This document shows positions 10,493 to 20,986 of a stretch of DNA of 64,000 nt, piece by piece; position 1 is the stretch's first letter, and every line of letters starts with the position of its first letter. Where the stretch lies: positions 38,409-102,408 of the forward strand of contig CAVPRT010000008.1 of assembly GCA_963707925.1 (NCBI GenBank), given 5' to 3'. The position numbers and the translations under genes were made by a program. Source of the stretch: an uncultured Acidimicrobiales bacterium. GTDB lineage: Bacteria; Actinomycetota; Acidimicrobiia; Acidimicrobiales; Ilumatobacteraceae. Below the pieces are notes generated by a model. It made no database searches. It was not told the DNA's origin and saw nothing but the letters and a program-made list of their open reading frames with translations.

Positions 10493-10723
10493 CTATCGCT
10501 CTGGGGCCGATCCGGGACCGATCCGTGCTGCCAACCGGCCGAGGACCGCTGACTCACCAAGGGTGACCGCAACCTGCTTCGACCGAGATGTATGGCCCCC
10601 CACGACCCGGACCTCACGCGCCCGCAGCCCTAGCGCATCAGCCAGGACAGCACAGAGTTCGTCGTTCGCCCGGCCGTCGACGGGCGGACTGCACACCCTC
10701 ACCTTCAGCTCCTCGCCATGCAT
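10493..10723 (-). CDS. DUF167 (YggU-like) protein; true start probably upstream of the first ATG
   Basis: ...ELKVRVCSPPVDGRANDELCAVLADALGL... is the DUF167 core. The conserved N-terminal strand (AVIAVRALPGAGRSGIVG) is encoded at 10724-10780, in frame but with no ATG/GTG/TTG before the ileS TGA at 10808-10810. Confidence 0.65.
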   Translation of the reverse strand: MHGEELKVRVCSPPVDGRANDELCAVLADALGLRAREVRVVGGHTSRSKQVAVTLGESAVLGRLAARIGPGSAPER

Positions 10724-10807
10724 GCCGACTATGCCCGAGCGTCCGGCACCGGGCAGAGCGCGAACAGCGATGACAGCACCGTCGGGATGGGCGCGGACTA
10801 GCGGCTC

Positions 10808-13800
10808 TCAACCGGCCGCCACGACCGAGATGTGCACGGGTTCACCGTCGAGTTCGGCGTTGGGCTGACCTCCCACCCACTCCAGCGACGTCGCCAGGGT
10901 GGCGTCGGTCAGCAGGTGCTGGAAGGCACCCACCTGGCGGCGGACCGATTCGGGCACCCCGAGCGAGAGGGCGATGCGATCGCTGACCTTCAGTCCGGCG
11001 TCGCGACGGGCCTGCTGCACCAGGCGGATCACATCGCGCGTCACGCCCTCGGCCTCGAGCTCGGGGTCAGGGTGGTGTCGAGCACGACCACACCTTCGCC
11101 GCTCGACAACGGGGTGCTGACTGAATCGCCCCTCACGACCAGTTTCAGGGAGTACTCGCCCTCGACGAGGAGCACTCCCCCGGCGACCACACCTTCTGCC
11201 GTTCTCTGCCAGTCGCCCGACTTCACCGCCTTGATCACATTCTGCGTCTGATCACCCAGGCGTGGGCCGAGCACGGCCGGCACCACCTGCAGGTCATAGC
11301 TGGCTACGGCGGCGACAGAGTCGGTGAGCCGAACTGCCTTGACGTTGACCTCGTCGGCGATGAGGTCGGCGAAGGGCGTCAGGCGGTCCGCTCCGGGCAC
11401 CGCCACCATCAGGTCCGCCAGGGGTTGGCGTACACGGCATTGGTTGGCCTTGCGCAACCTCAGGGCGGCGTTGCAGACATCGCGGGCAAGATCCATCGAC
11501 TCCGACCAGGTCATCGTCGGCGGGCAGGTCTGCGGCGACGGGCCAGTCGGTGAGATGGACACTGGGCTCGCCGGTGAGGCCACGATAGACAGCCTCGGTG
11601 GTGAGCGGCAGAAGTGGTGCCAGGGTTCGGCACAACACGGCGAGCACGGTGTGCAGGGTGTCGACTGCCGCCTGGTCGCCTGCCCAGAACCGGTCACGGC
11701 TACGACGCACGTACCAGTTGGTGAGGGCATCGAGGAACGACCTGGTCGAGCTGCACGCCCCGAACAGGTCGTACTCGTCCATCGAAGTGGTGACGTCGGC
11801 GACCAGCCGGTGGGTCTTGGCAAGGATGTAGCGGTCCAGCAGGTCGGCACTGTCGGTTCGCTCGGTGCCCTGGATGTGCGGCCGCGTTGGCGTAGAGCGA
11901 GAGGAAGTACCAGGTGTTCCAGATGGGCAGGATCACCTGTCGAACCGTGTCGCGGATACCGTCCTCGGTGACCATCAGGTCGTTGCCGCGCAGGATCGAC
12001 GAGCTGAGCAGGTACCACCTCATGGCGTCGCTGCCATAGGTGTCGAACACCATCATCGGATCGGGGTAGTTCTGCAGGCTCTTCGACATCTTCTGGCCGT
12101 CGTCGCCCAACACGATGCCGTGGCTGACGCAGGTGGTGAAGCTCGGCCTGTCGAACAGGGCGGTGGCCAGAACGTGGAGGGTGTAGAACCAGCCGCGGGT
12201 CTGGCCGATGTACTCGACGATGAAGTCGCCCGGGTAGTGGCTCTCGAACCAGTCGCGGTTCTCGAACGGGTAGTGCACCTGGGCGAAGGGCATGCTGCCG
12301 CTCTCGAACCAGCAGTCGAGCACCTCCGGAACGCGGCGCATCATCGAGCGACCGGTGGGGTCGTCGGGATTGGCGCGGACCAGGTCGTCGACGAACGGGC
12401 GGTGCAGGTCGCTGACCTCCACACCGAAATCGCGCTCGAGCTCGGCGATGCTGCCGTAGACGTCGATCGCGCGGGTACTCGGGATCGTCACTGCGCCACA
12501 CCGGGATCGGTGAACCCCAGAAGCGGTTGCGGCTGATGCTCCAGTCGCGGGCGTTCGCCAGCCACTTGCCGAAACTGCCCTCCTTGATGTGGTCGGGCAC
12601 CCAGCGGATCTGCTGGTTGAGCTCGACCATCCGATCACGGAACGCAGTGACCTCGACGAACCACGAGCTGATCGCCCGGTAGACGAGGGGCTCGGCACAC
12701 CGCCAGCAGTGCGGATAGCTGTGCTGGTAGCTGTCGTGGCGCACGACCAGCACCGCGACCCTTGAGATCCTTGATCACCTCGGGGTTGGCATCGAAGACA
12801 TGGACGCCTGCCCAGGGAGTGATCTCCTCGGTGAACCGGCCGTGTTCGTCCATCGGGCACAGGGTGGGGATGCCTACCGCGTTGCAGGCGATCTGGTCGT
12901 CCTCACCGAACCCGGGGGCCATGTGCACCACCCCGGTGCCGTCCTCGGTGCTGACGAAGTCCGCAGCGAGCACGCGGAAGGCGTTGGGGGTGTCGGCCAG
13001 GAAGGGGAACAGGGGCGTGTACCTGCGCCCGATCAGGTCCGCACCCTTCAAGCGTGCCGATCCGGGTGGCGCCGGCAAGTTCCTTCTCGTAGGCCTCGAG
13101 ACGGGCCTCGGCGAGGATGTACCGCCGGGGCCGGCCGTCGGAGTCGGCCTCCTCCAGCACCGCATAGTCGATGTCGGCACCGACGGCGAGGGCAAGGTTG
13201 CTCGGCAGGGTCCACGGAGTTGTGGTCCAGGCGAGGATCTGCTCCCCGCTCTCGAGGTGGAACATCACCGTCAGCGCCGGATCCTGGCGGTCGCGATAGA
13301 CGTCGTCCATGCGGGTCTCGGTGTTGCTCAGCGGGGTCTCGCAACGCCAGCAGTAGGCGAGCACGCGGAAACCCTCGTACACGTAACCCTTGTCGAACAA
13401 GGTCTTGAACGCCCACATCACGCTCTCCATGTAGGGCGTGTCGAGTGTCTTGTAGTCGTTCTCGAAGTCCACCCAGCGGGCCTGACGGTTGACGTAGCGC
13501 TGCCAGTCGTCGGTGAACCTCAACACGCTGGTGCGGCAGGCATCGTTGAACTTGTCGATACCGAATCGGGCGATCTCCGGGTGCCCACTGATGCCCAGCT
13601 CCTTCTCGGCCACCACCTCCGCGGGCAGGCCGTGGCAGTCCCAACCGAACCGGCGGTGCACCTGCTGGCCGCGCATCGTGCGATATCGGGGTACTGCGTC
13701 CTTCACGAAACCGGTGAGCAGGTGGCCGTAGTGAGGCAGGCCGTTGGCGAAGGGTGGGCCGTCGTAGAAGACATACTCATCGGCACCATTGCGCTGGTCG

Positions 13801-13898
13801 ATCGAGGTCTGGAAGGTGTGCTCGGCATCCCATGAGGCGAGGATCTCGCGCTCGATGTCGGGGAACGACGGCTGTGGCTGCACGTTGGGATAGGTCAC
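10808..13898 (-). CDS. ileS: Isoleucine--tRNA ligase (type 2, actinobacterial/eukaryote-like); about 6 frameshifts as sequenced
   Basis: Class-I motifs are present: [16 protein letters not shown] (HIGH-type) and [14 protein letters not shown] (KMSKS). The GTG start at 13896-13898 is preceded by AGGAG. Following the homologous protein to the TGA at 10808-10810 requires frame changes near 13045, 12755, 12470, 11877, 11505 and 11060. Confidence 0.95.
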
Positions 13899-14127
13899 GA
13901 CTGCTCCTGAGTTAGTTGCTCAGGGACGAGCCGTAAGGCCCGCGGTACCACCCTGGTTGCTGCGACCCGTCGGATCGCAACCCCTCGACTGCACCAGCTG
14001 TGTCGGGCTGGACCCGTCCGGTTCTACTGGGCACGACTGGCGTGCTGTTCTTCCGAAAGCTCGGAGGTGATGGCCTCGTCGTCGCCGTGGAGCCGATGCT
14101 AGCGGCCCCTCACCACTGCCGGACCGG
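13899..14127 (-). promoter_or_regulatory. T-box riboswitch leader of ileS (translational type)
   Basis: On the minus strand, 13953..13941 reads GGGTGGTACCGCG, the conserved T-box core (context CAACCAGGGTGGTACCGCGGG). AUC (Ile) triplets occur upstream in the leader (..GCAUCGG.. and ..CCAUCACC..). A 6-bp hairpin CCUGAG-N8-CUCAGG (13925-13906) overlaps the GGAG Shine-Dalgarno. There is no U-tract terminator. Confidence 0.8.
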
Positions 14128-14932
14128 CTATTGAGGTTCCTCGCCGAACACCAGCCCTGTTTGCTGATCGGTGTCGTCCGACTCCTCGGCGGGGATGATG
14201 GTGTCTGCCTTGAGCGAGGGCATGAACAACGAATCCGCTTCCGAGTCCGGTGCGGGCTCGGGAGCAGAGGCAGGTTCCGGCTCGGTCAGGGGCTCAGCCG
14301 AGGCCGACAGCAGGGGCCGGCGCATCTCACCGAGACCTCCGGGTACTCGGTCGACGAGCTCGTGTAGTTGCACGGCCGCGTCGCGCAGCCTCTCGCGCTG
14401 GGCCTGCATGTATTGCTCCAGGTGGTCGACGTCGGCAAGCAGGAAGTCACGACGGGCGAGCAAGGATTGCACCTCGTTCTCGGCACGCATGGTCTCCTCA
14501 TCGCTGGCGCGTCGGGCGTCGGCCCGAGCCTGGTCGACCGCCTGGTTGGCAGTGGCCAGGGCATTCTCGACCATCTGAGCTGCCTCTTCGCGAGCATTGG
14601 AAGTCATCTGCTCGGCTTCGATACGGGCATCGGCCAGGGTGGCGTCGGCGGCTCGTTGGGCGAGCAACAGGGTGCGGCTGAGGATCTCGGTGTCGCCGGA
14701 ACTGCCGGCGTCGGGGCGCTCTTCGCTCCCGGCCGCGGCCACCTGTTGGGTGACCTCTTGGAGCTTGGCGAAGGCGGCCCTGAGCGCGGGCCTCCATTGC
14801 CGTCGCCAGGTTCTGAGAGAACTCGACAGCGGCAGCCGTCTGTTCCTTGAACTCATCGACCTCTGTGGGGTCGTAGCCCTTCCTGACCGTCTTGAAGCCA
14901 GTACTGCGAATGGTCTGCGGGCTCATCTCCAT
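14128..14932 (-). CDS. divIVA: DivIVA/Wag31 polar growth and division protein; 1 frameshift as sequenced
   Basis: The N-terminus MSPQTIRSTGFKTVRKGYDPTEVDEFKEQ is the canonical DivIVA lipid-binding domain. The frame breaks near 14780-14790, after which a long coiled coil (ILSRTLLLAQRAADATLADARIEAEQ...) runs to the stop at 14128. Confidence 0.9.
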
Positions 14933-14989
14933 GGGCACGATGCTAGGCGAGCCAGCCGCCACCACACACCCTGACGATCCGACCGTAGA

Positions 14990-15571
14990 TCAGCCTCCGT
15001 AGTCGGCGCCGTCGTGCCCTGCTGCCCTAACGTAGGGCTTCAGGAGGTAGACGCCGGTGGCAACCTTTTCCATCGTGCCGTTGAGCCCGTAGCACAGCCC
15101 GCTGGCGAAGTCGATAAGGCGCCTGGCGAGCTCGCGATTCACTCCTTCGAGATTCATGATCACGGGCAGACCTTCGCGGAACTTGTCGGCCACTTCCTGG
15201 GCTGCGTCGAAGCGGCGCGGGCTGACCGTGTGGGGTTCGGCGCCACCGGAGACCTGGCCGGATCGCGACGGGGCCGCTGCCCGCGGGTTGGCTGGACGAG
15301 GCTGGACGTTGCTGTCGTCGCCGACAGGTGTGGGCCGGCGTACGGCCATGTCACCGTCGCGAGTGGGGAAGCTGGGGCGTGTGGGCAGTGGACGCACCGA
15401 AGGGTCCGGTTCATGCTCCCCCGAATAGCCGCGTGTGGGGCGAGCCGACTCGTCGCGAGGAGGGCGCGTCGCACGCATCGGGTGCTCGGGCTCCGGGGCC
15501 ATGTCGTAGTCGTCGTAGGCATCATCGGGTCCGAGACCCAAGTAATCCATTGCCTTCTTCCACATCGACAT
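14990..15571 (-). CDS. sepF: Cell division protein SepF
   Basis: MSMWKKAMDYLGL membrane-targeting helix, a disordered linker, then the conserved C-terminal domain (RRFDAAQEVADKFREGLPVIMNLEGVNRELARRLIDFASGLCYGLNG). Confidence 0.9.
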   Translation of the reverse strand: MSMWKKAMDYLGLGPDDAYDDYDMAPEPEHPMRATRPPRDESARPTRGYSGEHEPDPSVRPLPTRPSFPTRDGDMAVRRPTPVGDDSNVQPRPANPRAAAPSRSGQVSGGAEPHTVSPRRFDAAQEVADKFREGLPVIMNLEGVNRELARRLIDFASGLCYGLNGTMEKVATGVYLLKPYVRAAGHDGADYGG

Positions 15572-15595
15572 CTGTGATCCTCCCGACGGCCGAGG

Positions 15596-16262
15596 CTATC
15601 GCACCGGTGAGGTTGCGGAGGTACGTGCGCCAAACAGGGCACTGCCCACCCTCACCTCGGTGGCACCCTCCTGCACGGCGACTTCGAGGTCGGATGTCAT
15701 GCCCATCGAACAAACGGTCAGCCCCAGACGGTCGATCAGTGCCCGCACTGCCCGAAAGCCGGGGCGCGCAGCTTCGGGTCCACCCTCGGTGGGACCCACC
15801 GTCATCAACCCGATCACCTCGAGGCCAGCCCTTGCCGCACTCTCGACGAGTGCCGGCACCTCGTCGAGACGACACCCACCCTTGCCGCGGTTCACCGGTG
15901 GTGTCGACCTGGATCATCACTCGTGCACCGGGAACCCGCTTGGCGAGCTCGGCGACAAGCGACAGCCGGTCGACCGTCTCGTAGACCGTGACGATGGGGG
16001 CGAGCATGCGCACCTTGTTGGTCTGCAACTGGCCGATGAAGTGGACCCCGAATGGCCGGTCGATTCCACCGAGCTTGGCCACGATCTCCTTGGCGTAGTT
16101 TTCGCCGACAGCAGGACAACCAGCGCGGTATGCGGCCCAGCAGGCTTCGACCCCGAAAGTCTTGGTGACAGGCAGAACGGTTACACCGGTGCCGCCGGCG
16201 CGGGCGATGCGCTCGTAGACCTCGGCCAGGCGCGTCTTGACCAGTTCGTCGAGGTCGGTCAT
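15596..16262 (-). CDS. yggS: YggS-family pyridoxal-phosphate homeostasis protein; 1 frameshift as sequenced
   Basis: ...VTVLPVTKTFG (PLP lysine)...HFIGQLQTNKV...IQVDTTGE breaks near 15885-15895. It continues NRGKGGCRLDEV...LEVIGLMTVGP...SMGMTSDLEVAVQEGATEVRVGSALFG. Confidence 0.85.
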
Positions 16263-16308
16263 TGCCGTGTCACCCGCCACCGACCCTGCCGGCCGACGGT
16301 GGCTGACA

Positions 16309-17412
16309 TCACTTCAAGAAGGACGGTACATCGAAGTCGTCGTCGTCGCTGTCGAGTGGGTCGGCGGCCTCGTCGGCGAATAGATCCTTCAGGGATGCGG
16401 CAGGCTTTGACTCTGGCACCGCCTTGACCGTGGAGCGGCCCGATGCCGGCGGGGCGCCGCCGTCCCAGCGATCGAAGCCGGCGGCGATGACGGTGACCTT
16501 GACTTCGTCGCCCATCTCGTCGTCGATGACCGTACCGAAGATGATGTTGGCATCCTGGTGGGCGACGCCGTGGATGATCTCGGCCGCAGCGTTCATCTCG
16601 AACAGGCCCATCGAGCTGGGGCCGGTGATGTTCAACAGGATGCCGCGTGCACCGTCGACGGCGGCCTCGAGCAGCGGGCTGCTGATCGCGGCCTTGGCGG
16701 CGATCACCGCCCGGTTCTCGCCGCTGGCCTGACCTATGCCCATCAGCGCGGATCCGGCGCTGGAGAGGATCATCTTCACGTCGGCGAAGTCGGTGTTGAT
16801 CAGGCCGGGGGTGGTGATGAGATTGGTGATGCCCGACACGCCCTGGAGCAGGACCTCGTCGGCCATCTTGAACGCGTTGAGCACACTGGTCTTTTCGTTG
16901 GCCACGGTGAGCAGGCGATCGTTGGGGATGACGATGAGGGTGTCGACCTTCTCCTTCAGCCTCTGCACGCCCGCATCGGCCTGTACGGCGCGCCGACGAC
17001 CCTCGAAGCTGAACGGCCGGGTGACCACACCGATGGTGAGAGCGCCCATGCTCCGTGCCGTCTCGGCGATGACCGGTGCAGCACCGGTGCCCGTGCCGCC
17101 ACCCTCGCCGGCGGTGATGAACACCATGTCGGCGCCCTTGATCATCTCTTCGATCTCATCGCGATGGGTCTCGGCGGCGTTGCGCCCGACCTCGGGGTCG
17201 CTGCCCGCGCCCAGGCCGCGGGTGAGATCGCGACCGATGTCGAGCTTGACGTCGGCGTCGCTCATCAATAGAGCCTGGGCATCGGTGTTGACGGCGATGA
17301 ACTCGACACCCTTGAGACCGGCATCGATCATGCGGTTGACGGCATTGACGCCACCACCGCCGACGCCGATCACCTTGATGACGGCGAGATAGTTCTGCGG
17401 GGCGCCGGCCAT
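16309..17412 (-). CDS. ftsZ: Cell division GTPase FtsZ
   Basis: [17 protein letters not shown], the tubulin signature [13 protein letters not shown], and the C-terminal peptide [11 protein letters not shown] prefer the internal ATG ([14 protein letters not shown]) over the ORF-track start at 17526. Confidence 0.97.
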   Translation of the reverse strand: MAGAPQNYLAVIKVIGVGGGGVNAVNRMIDAGLKGVEFIAVNTDAQALLMSDADVKLDIGRDLTRGLGAGSDPEVGRNAAETHRDEIEEMIKGADMVFITAGEGGGTGTGAAPVIAETARSMGALTIGVVTRPFSFEGRRRAVQADAGVQRLKEKVDTLIVIPNDRLLTVANEKTSVLNAFKMADEVLLQGVSGITNLITTPGLINTDFADVKMILSSAGSALMGIGQASGENRAVIAAKAAISSPLLEAAVDGARGILLNITGPSSMGLFEMNAAAEIIHGVAHQDANIIFGTVIDDEMGDEVKVTVIAAGFDRWDGGAPPASGRSTVKAVPESKPAASLKDLFADEAADPLDSDDDDFDVPSFLK

Positions 17413-17531
17413 CAGATGAACCTCCGGGTTGGTTTGGGAAAATGGGCGATGAGTAGTTGCACCAGGTGACGCTCTCAGGATTGACGTACCAGTGGCCGTG
17501 ATCGTAGCGAATGCACGGGCCCCCATGGGGG

Positions 17532-18611
17532 TTACCCGGGTACGACGCCGATTTCCGCAGTCGAGACATCTAGCGCGGCGACCCCTTCGAGGCCGTCGCG
17601 TACCTGCCCGAGGAGGCGGGCAAGCTTCTGATCGAGGTCCTCACCGTCGCCGAGCCTCACCTCGACATCGCCCTCGAGGTGCATCGTGAGGGTTCCGGTA
17701 GAGGCGTCGACACCGACCGATTCGGTGATCCGGCGGATCTCCCCTGGTAGGGATGCGACCAACACCGCTGCCGACGCGTAGGGGCCACCGGCGAACTGAC
17801 CGCGCGACGTGTCGGGGTGGTTGCCGGTGATCAGCATGTAGGCGACAGGGCGCCCCTCGATGACGTCGAGCACTCTCCCCTGCACGTCGATGACCCTCCA
17901 CTGCCGATCGCTGCCCTGGAAGGTAGCCAGCGGCTGGCGTTCGCGGATATCGATCAAGATGGTGTGGGGGAAGTCGGTACGCACCCGCGCCTGCTCCACC
18001 CACGCCACCTTTTCCAGCCGGTCCTCGATTGCCTTCGTGTCCACGAGCAGCACAGGGTCGCCCTCGATGTCCGCGATGATGTCGACGAGGACTTCCTCGT
18101 CGGTGTAGACCGCACCCTGCACCCTCACCTCGCTGACTTCGAAGATGGGTGAGGCGAGGACCGCAATCGCACCCACGAGCACGAGCAAGACGATCACGGC
18201 GACGCCGACCCACACCAGACGGCGACGACTCTCGGACCGACGAACGGCGATACGCCGGGCCCGGATGCGGGGGTCTATACCGGCACTGCCCCTGGTGGGG
18301 GCCGGCTCCACCACAGCGCCGTCGTCGAGGTCGCTGATGAAGATGGTGTCCCTCTCGCCGTGCGAGGTGGCGTGGACGGCGCGGAAGCGCTCCTCCTTCT
18401 CCGCGTCGAGATAGACAGTGTCGGGTTGATCGTCCTCGGGGATCACGATCGTGCGCCGCGGCGATTCAGCCGCAGGTCCGGGCCCGGGTTCGGGCGTCGG
18501 AACCGGGCCCTGAACTGGCCCCTGAACTGGAGCGTCGTCGAAAGCCGCCGAGAGTTCGTCGAGTACGGAATCGGGTACGTGGTCGCGATCGGGCAGATCG
18601 GGCTCGCTCAT
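17532..18611 (-). CDS. ftsQ: Cell division protein FtsQ/DivIB (POTRA domain)
   Basis: Disordered cytoplasmic N-terminus, a single TM helix ([21 protein letters not shown]), then POTRA-like [19 protein letters not shown]...[21 protein letters not shown]. Its position between murB and ftsZ fits. Confidence 0.85.
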   Translation of the reverse strand: MSEPDLPDRDHVPDSVLDELSAAFDDAPVQGPVQGPVPTPEPGPGPAAESPRRTIVIPEDDQPDTVYLDAEKEERFRAVHATSHGERDTIFISDLDDGAVVEPAPTRGSAGIDPRIRARRIAVRRSESRRRLVWVGVAVIVLLVLVGAIAVLASPIFEVSEVRVQGAVYTDEEVLVDIIADIEGDPVLLVDTKAIEDRLEKVAWVEQARVRTDFPHTILIDIRERQPLATFQGSDRQWRVIDVQGRVLDVIEGRPVAYMLITGNHPDTSRGQFAGGPYASAAVLVASLPGEIRRITESVGVDASTGTLTMHLEGDVEVRLGDGEDLDQKLARLLGQVRDGLEGVAALDVSTAEIGVVPG

Positions 18612-19567
18612 ATCGTCACCCCCGGTCGATCCTCGTCGGTGATGTCCGCGATGTCGGCGAAGCCGACCAACCTGATCTCGCTGCGCAGCAGATGGCCCGT
18701 AGCGGCATGCACCACCTCGCGCACATGCTCGATCACTGCCCTCACGTCTGCGGCCGTGGCGCCATCGGAAGCCTGCACGAAGTTGGCGTGCTTGTCGCTG
18801 ACCACGGCACCGCCGATCGAGAAGCCGCGCAGGCCGAGATGATCGATCAGGGCCCCGGCCGCCACCTCACCCGGTACCGGGTTGACGAACACCGAGCCGG
18901 CGTTCTGCCCACCCGGCTGGTGCTCGCGCCGCCAGCGCACGATCTCGGCGATGGTGGCCTCGGCGACGACTGGGTCGCCATGGGCGAGGCGCAGGCGGGC
19001 CGCGACCACCACCTGATGGTCGGCGATGTCGGAGCCACGCATCCTCAGACCGAGGCGATCGACAGGTACCCAGCCCTGCCGGCCCGTGCGCAGATCGAGG
19101 AGGTGAGCGCTGACGAGAGCGGAGGCGATGTCGCTGCCGTGCCCGCCGGCATTCATGCGCACAGCGCCGCCGATCGAGCCTGGCACGCCGACGGCCCACT
19201 CGAATCCCACCAGTCCCACTGCCGCGGTGCGCCGAGCGACCACGGGCATGGCCACGGCCCCGCCGGCCTCGACGTTGACATCGTCGATGACGATCGATTC
19301 GCCCATCGCCGATAGGGAGACGACGATGCCGGCGAACCCTGAATCGGCGACAAGCAGATTCGAGCCGCGACCGAGCACCAGCACGGGCAAACCGGTCTCA
19401 CCGACGGCCTTGCCCACGGTGGCCAGTTCGTGGATGTCGCGGGGAGTGGCGAAGACAGAGGCCGGACCACCCAGCTTGTAGGTGGTGTGAGGGGCTAGGG
19501 GCTCATCGGCCGTGGCGAACCCGTCGAGGATGGCCAGGGCGCGTTGCCGGCGATCGTCCACGATCAA
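18608..19567 (-). CDS. murB: UDP-N-acetylenolpyruvoylglucosamine reductase MurB
   Basis: PLAPHTTYKLGGPA..., LGRGSNLLV and GSIGGAVRMNAGGHG are FAD-binding MurB motifs. The probable TTG start at 19565-19567 overlaps the murC TGA (TTGA); a GTG at 19559-19561 is the alternative. Confidence 0.85.
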   Translation of the reverse strand: MIVDDRRQRALAILDGFATADEPLAPHTTYKLGGPASVFATPRDIHELATVGKAVGETGLPVLVLGRGSNLLVADSGFAGIVVSLSAMGESIVIDDVNVEAGGAVAMPVVARRTAAVGLVGFEWAVGVPGSIGGAVRMNAGGHGSDIASALVSAHLLDLRTGRQGWVPVDRLGLRMRGSDIADHQVVVAARLRLAHGDPVVAEATIAEIVRWRREHQPGGQNAGSVFVNPVPGEVAAGALIDHLGLRGFSIGGAVVSDKHANFVQASDGATAADVRAVIEHVREVVHAATGHLLRSEIRLVGFADIADITDEDRPGVTI

Positions 19568-20947
19568 GCCGACCGCAGCTCGCGCTCGGCCCTCAGTTCG
19601 GCGCGGCGGGCGGCCACTTCGTCGGGAAGCGAGGCCACGTCGCCGCACCCCATCGAGATGCACACGTCGCCGTCTTCGAGGCGCCGAGCGAGGAACTCGA
19701 CCAGGTCGGCGCGCTTGGGCAACCACGCCAAATCGGTGTCGGGGTGGGCATCGAGAACCGCATTGACCACCAACTTGCCGGTGACACCCGGGATGGGCGT
19801 GGTGCCCGACGAGTAGATGTCGGTGAGCACCACCAGGTCGGCGCTCACGAACGCGTCGGCGTACTCGGGCGACATGACCGCCATGCGGTTGAACCGGTTC
19901 GGCTGGAACACCGCCACGAGGCGCTTCCACCTGTCGCCGCTACAGAGTGCGGCCGACAGCACGGCAGAGATCTCCGAAGGCAGGTGGGCGTAATCATCGA
20001 CGAGGGTGGCCCCGCCATCGATCGCCCTGATGTCGAAACGGCGGGCGACACCGCCGAACTTGGCGAGGGCGTTGGCCGCCGCCTCGAAGGGCACCCCGAC
20101 GGAGATCGCCATGGCGAGAGCACCTGTGGCGTTGCGCACATTGTGCAACCCGCGCAAGGGGAGCTCGACGGTGCCCAGACGAGTGCCGTGGTGGACAAGA
20201 TCGAAGGTGAAGGAGCCGGCTCCGGCGCGGATGTTGGTGGCCACGAAGTCCGCCTCGGGCGATGTGCCGTAGGTGATCGCCCCATGGTCACGGGCCAGTC
20301 GGGCGCAGACAGGGTCGTCGAGGCACAGGACCTTCGGACCCGGTATCTGGGACAGGTAGAGGTCGAACCCTTCGACGATCGCCTCGAAGGTTCCGTAATA
20401 GTCGAGGTGATCGGTCTCGACGTTGGTGAGGATGGTGCCGTAGAGGGGCAGAGCGAGGTGGGTGCCGTCGCTCTCGTCGGCCTCGACCACCAGCCACTCG
20501 CCGCCGGTCCATTGGGCCCCGGTGCCCATGTCGGTGACATCACCACCGACGACGAAGCTGGGCTTCAGACCGGCCTCTACCAGCATCAGCATCAGCATCG
20601 AGGTGGTGGACGTCTTGCCGTGGGTGCCGGCGACCCCGAGCGACCGGGCCATGGCACAGATCGAGGCGAGCATCCCGGAGCGATGCATGGACGGCACGCC
20701 GACGATCTCGGCCTCGTTGCGCTCGATGTTGGCGGCCGGGATCGAAGTGCTCCAGGTGATGGCGTCGCGATCGTGCACCAGCGACCGGTCGATGGCCGAC
20801 CTGCACCCTGACACCGGCCGCCCGAAGTCGGTCGAGCACCGACCTGTTGCGGATGTCGCTGCCGGTGACGTCGTGGCCCATCTGCGCCAGCACGATGGCG
20901 ATGGCGCTCATCCCAGGGCCGCCCACGCCAACCACGTGAAGCTTCAT
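19564..20947 (-). CDS. murC: UDP-N-acetylmuramate--L-alanine ligase MurC; 1 frameshift as sequenced
   Basis: The N-terminus MKLHVVGVGGPGMSAIAIVLAQMGHDVTGSD is a Rossmann fold. The frame breaks near 20800-20815 and continues ...GVAGTHGKTSTTSML (P-loop)...DDYAHLPSE... to the stop at 19564. Confidence 0.9.
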
Positions 20948-20986
20948 CGGGACCGACAGGTCCAAGCGGTGCGAGGGGCTGCGCAC

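Noticed and set aside
2315-13898. Interpreting the split dnaE, ileS, leuS, ftsW, murG and murC genes as true pseudogenes or as programmed frameshifting.
   Set aside because: Too many indispensable genes are affected at once, and the fragments show no decay. The shift sites share no slippery heptamer or downstream structure. At least some shifts are demonstrably single inserted bases relative to a paralog. Consensus error is far more likely.
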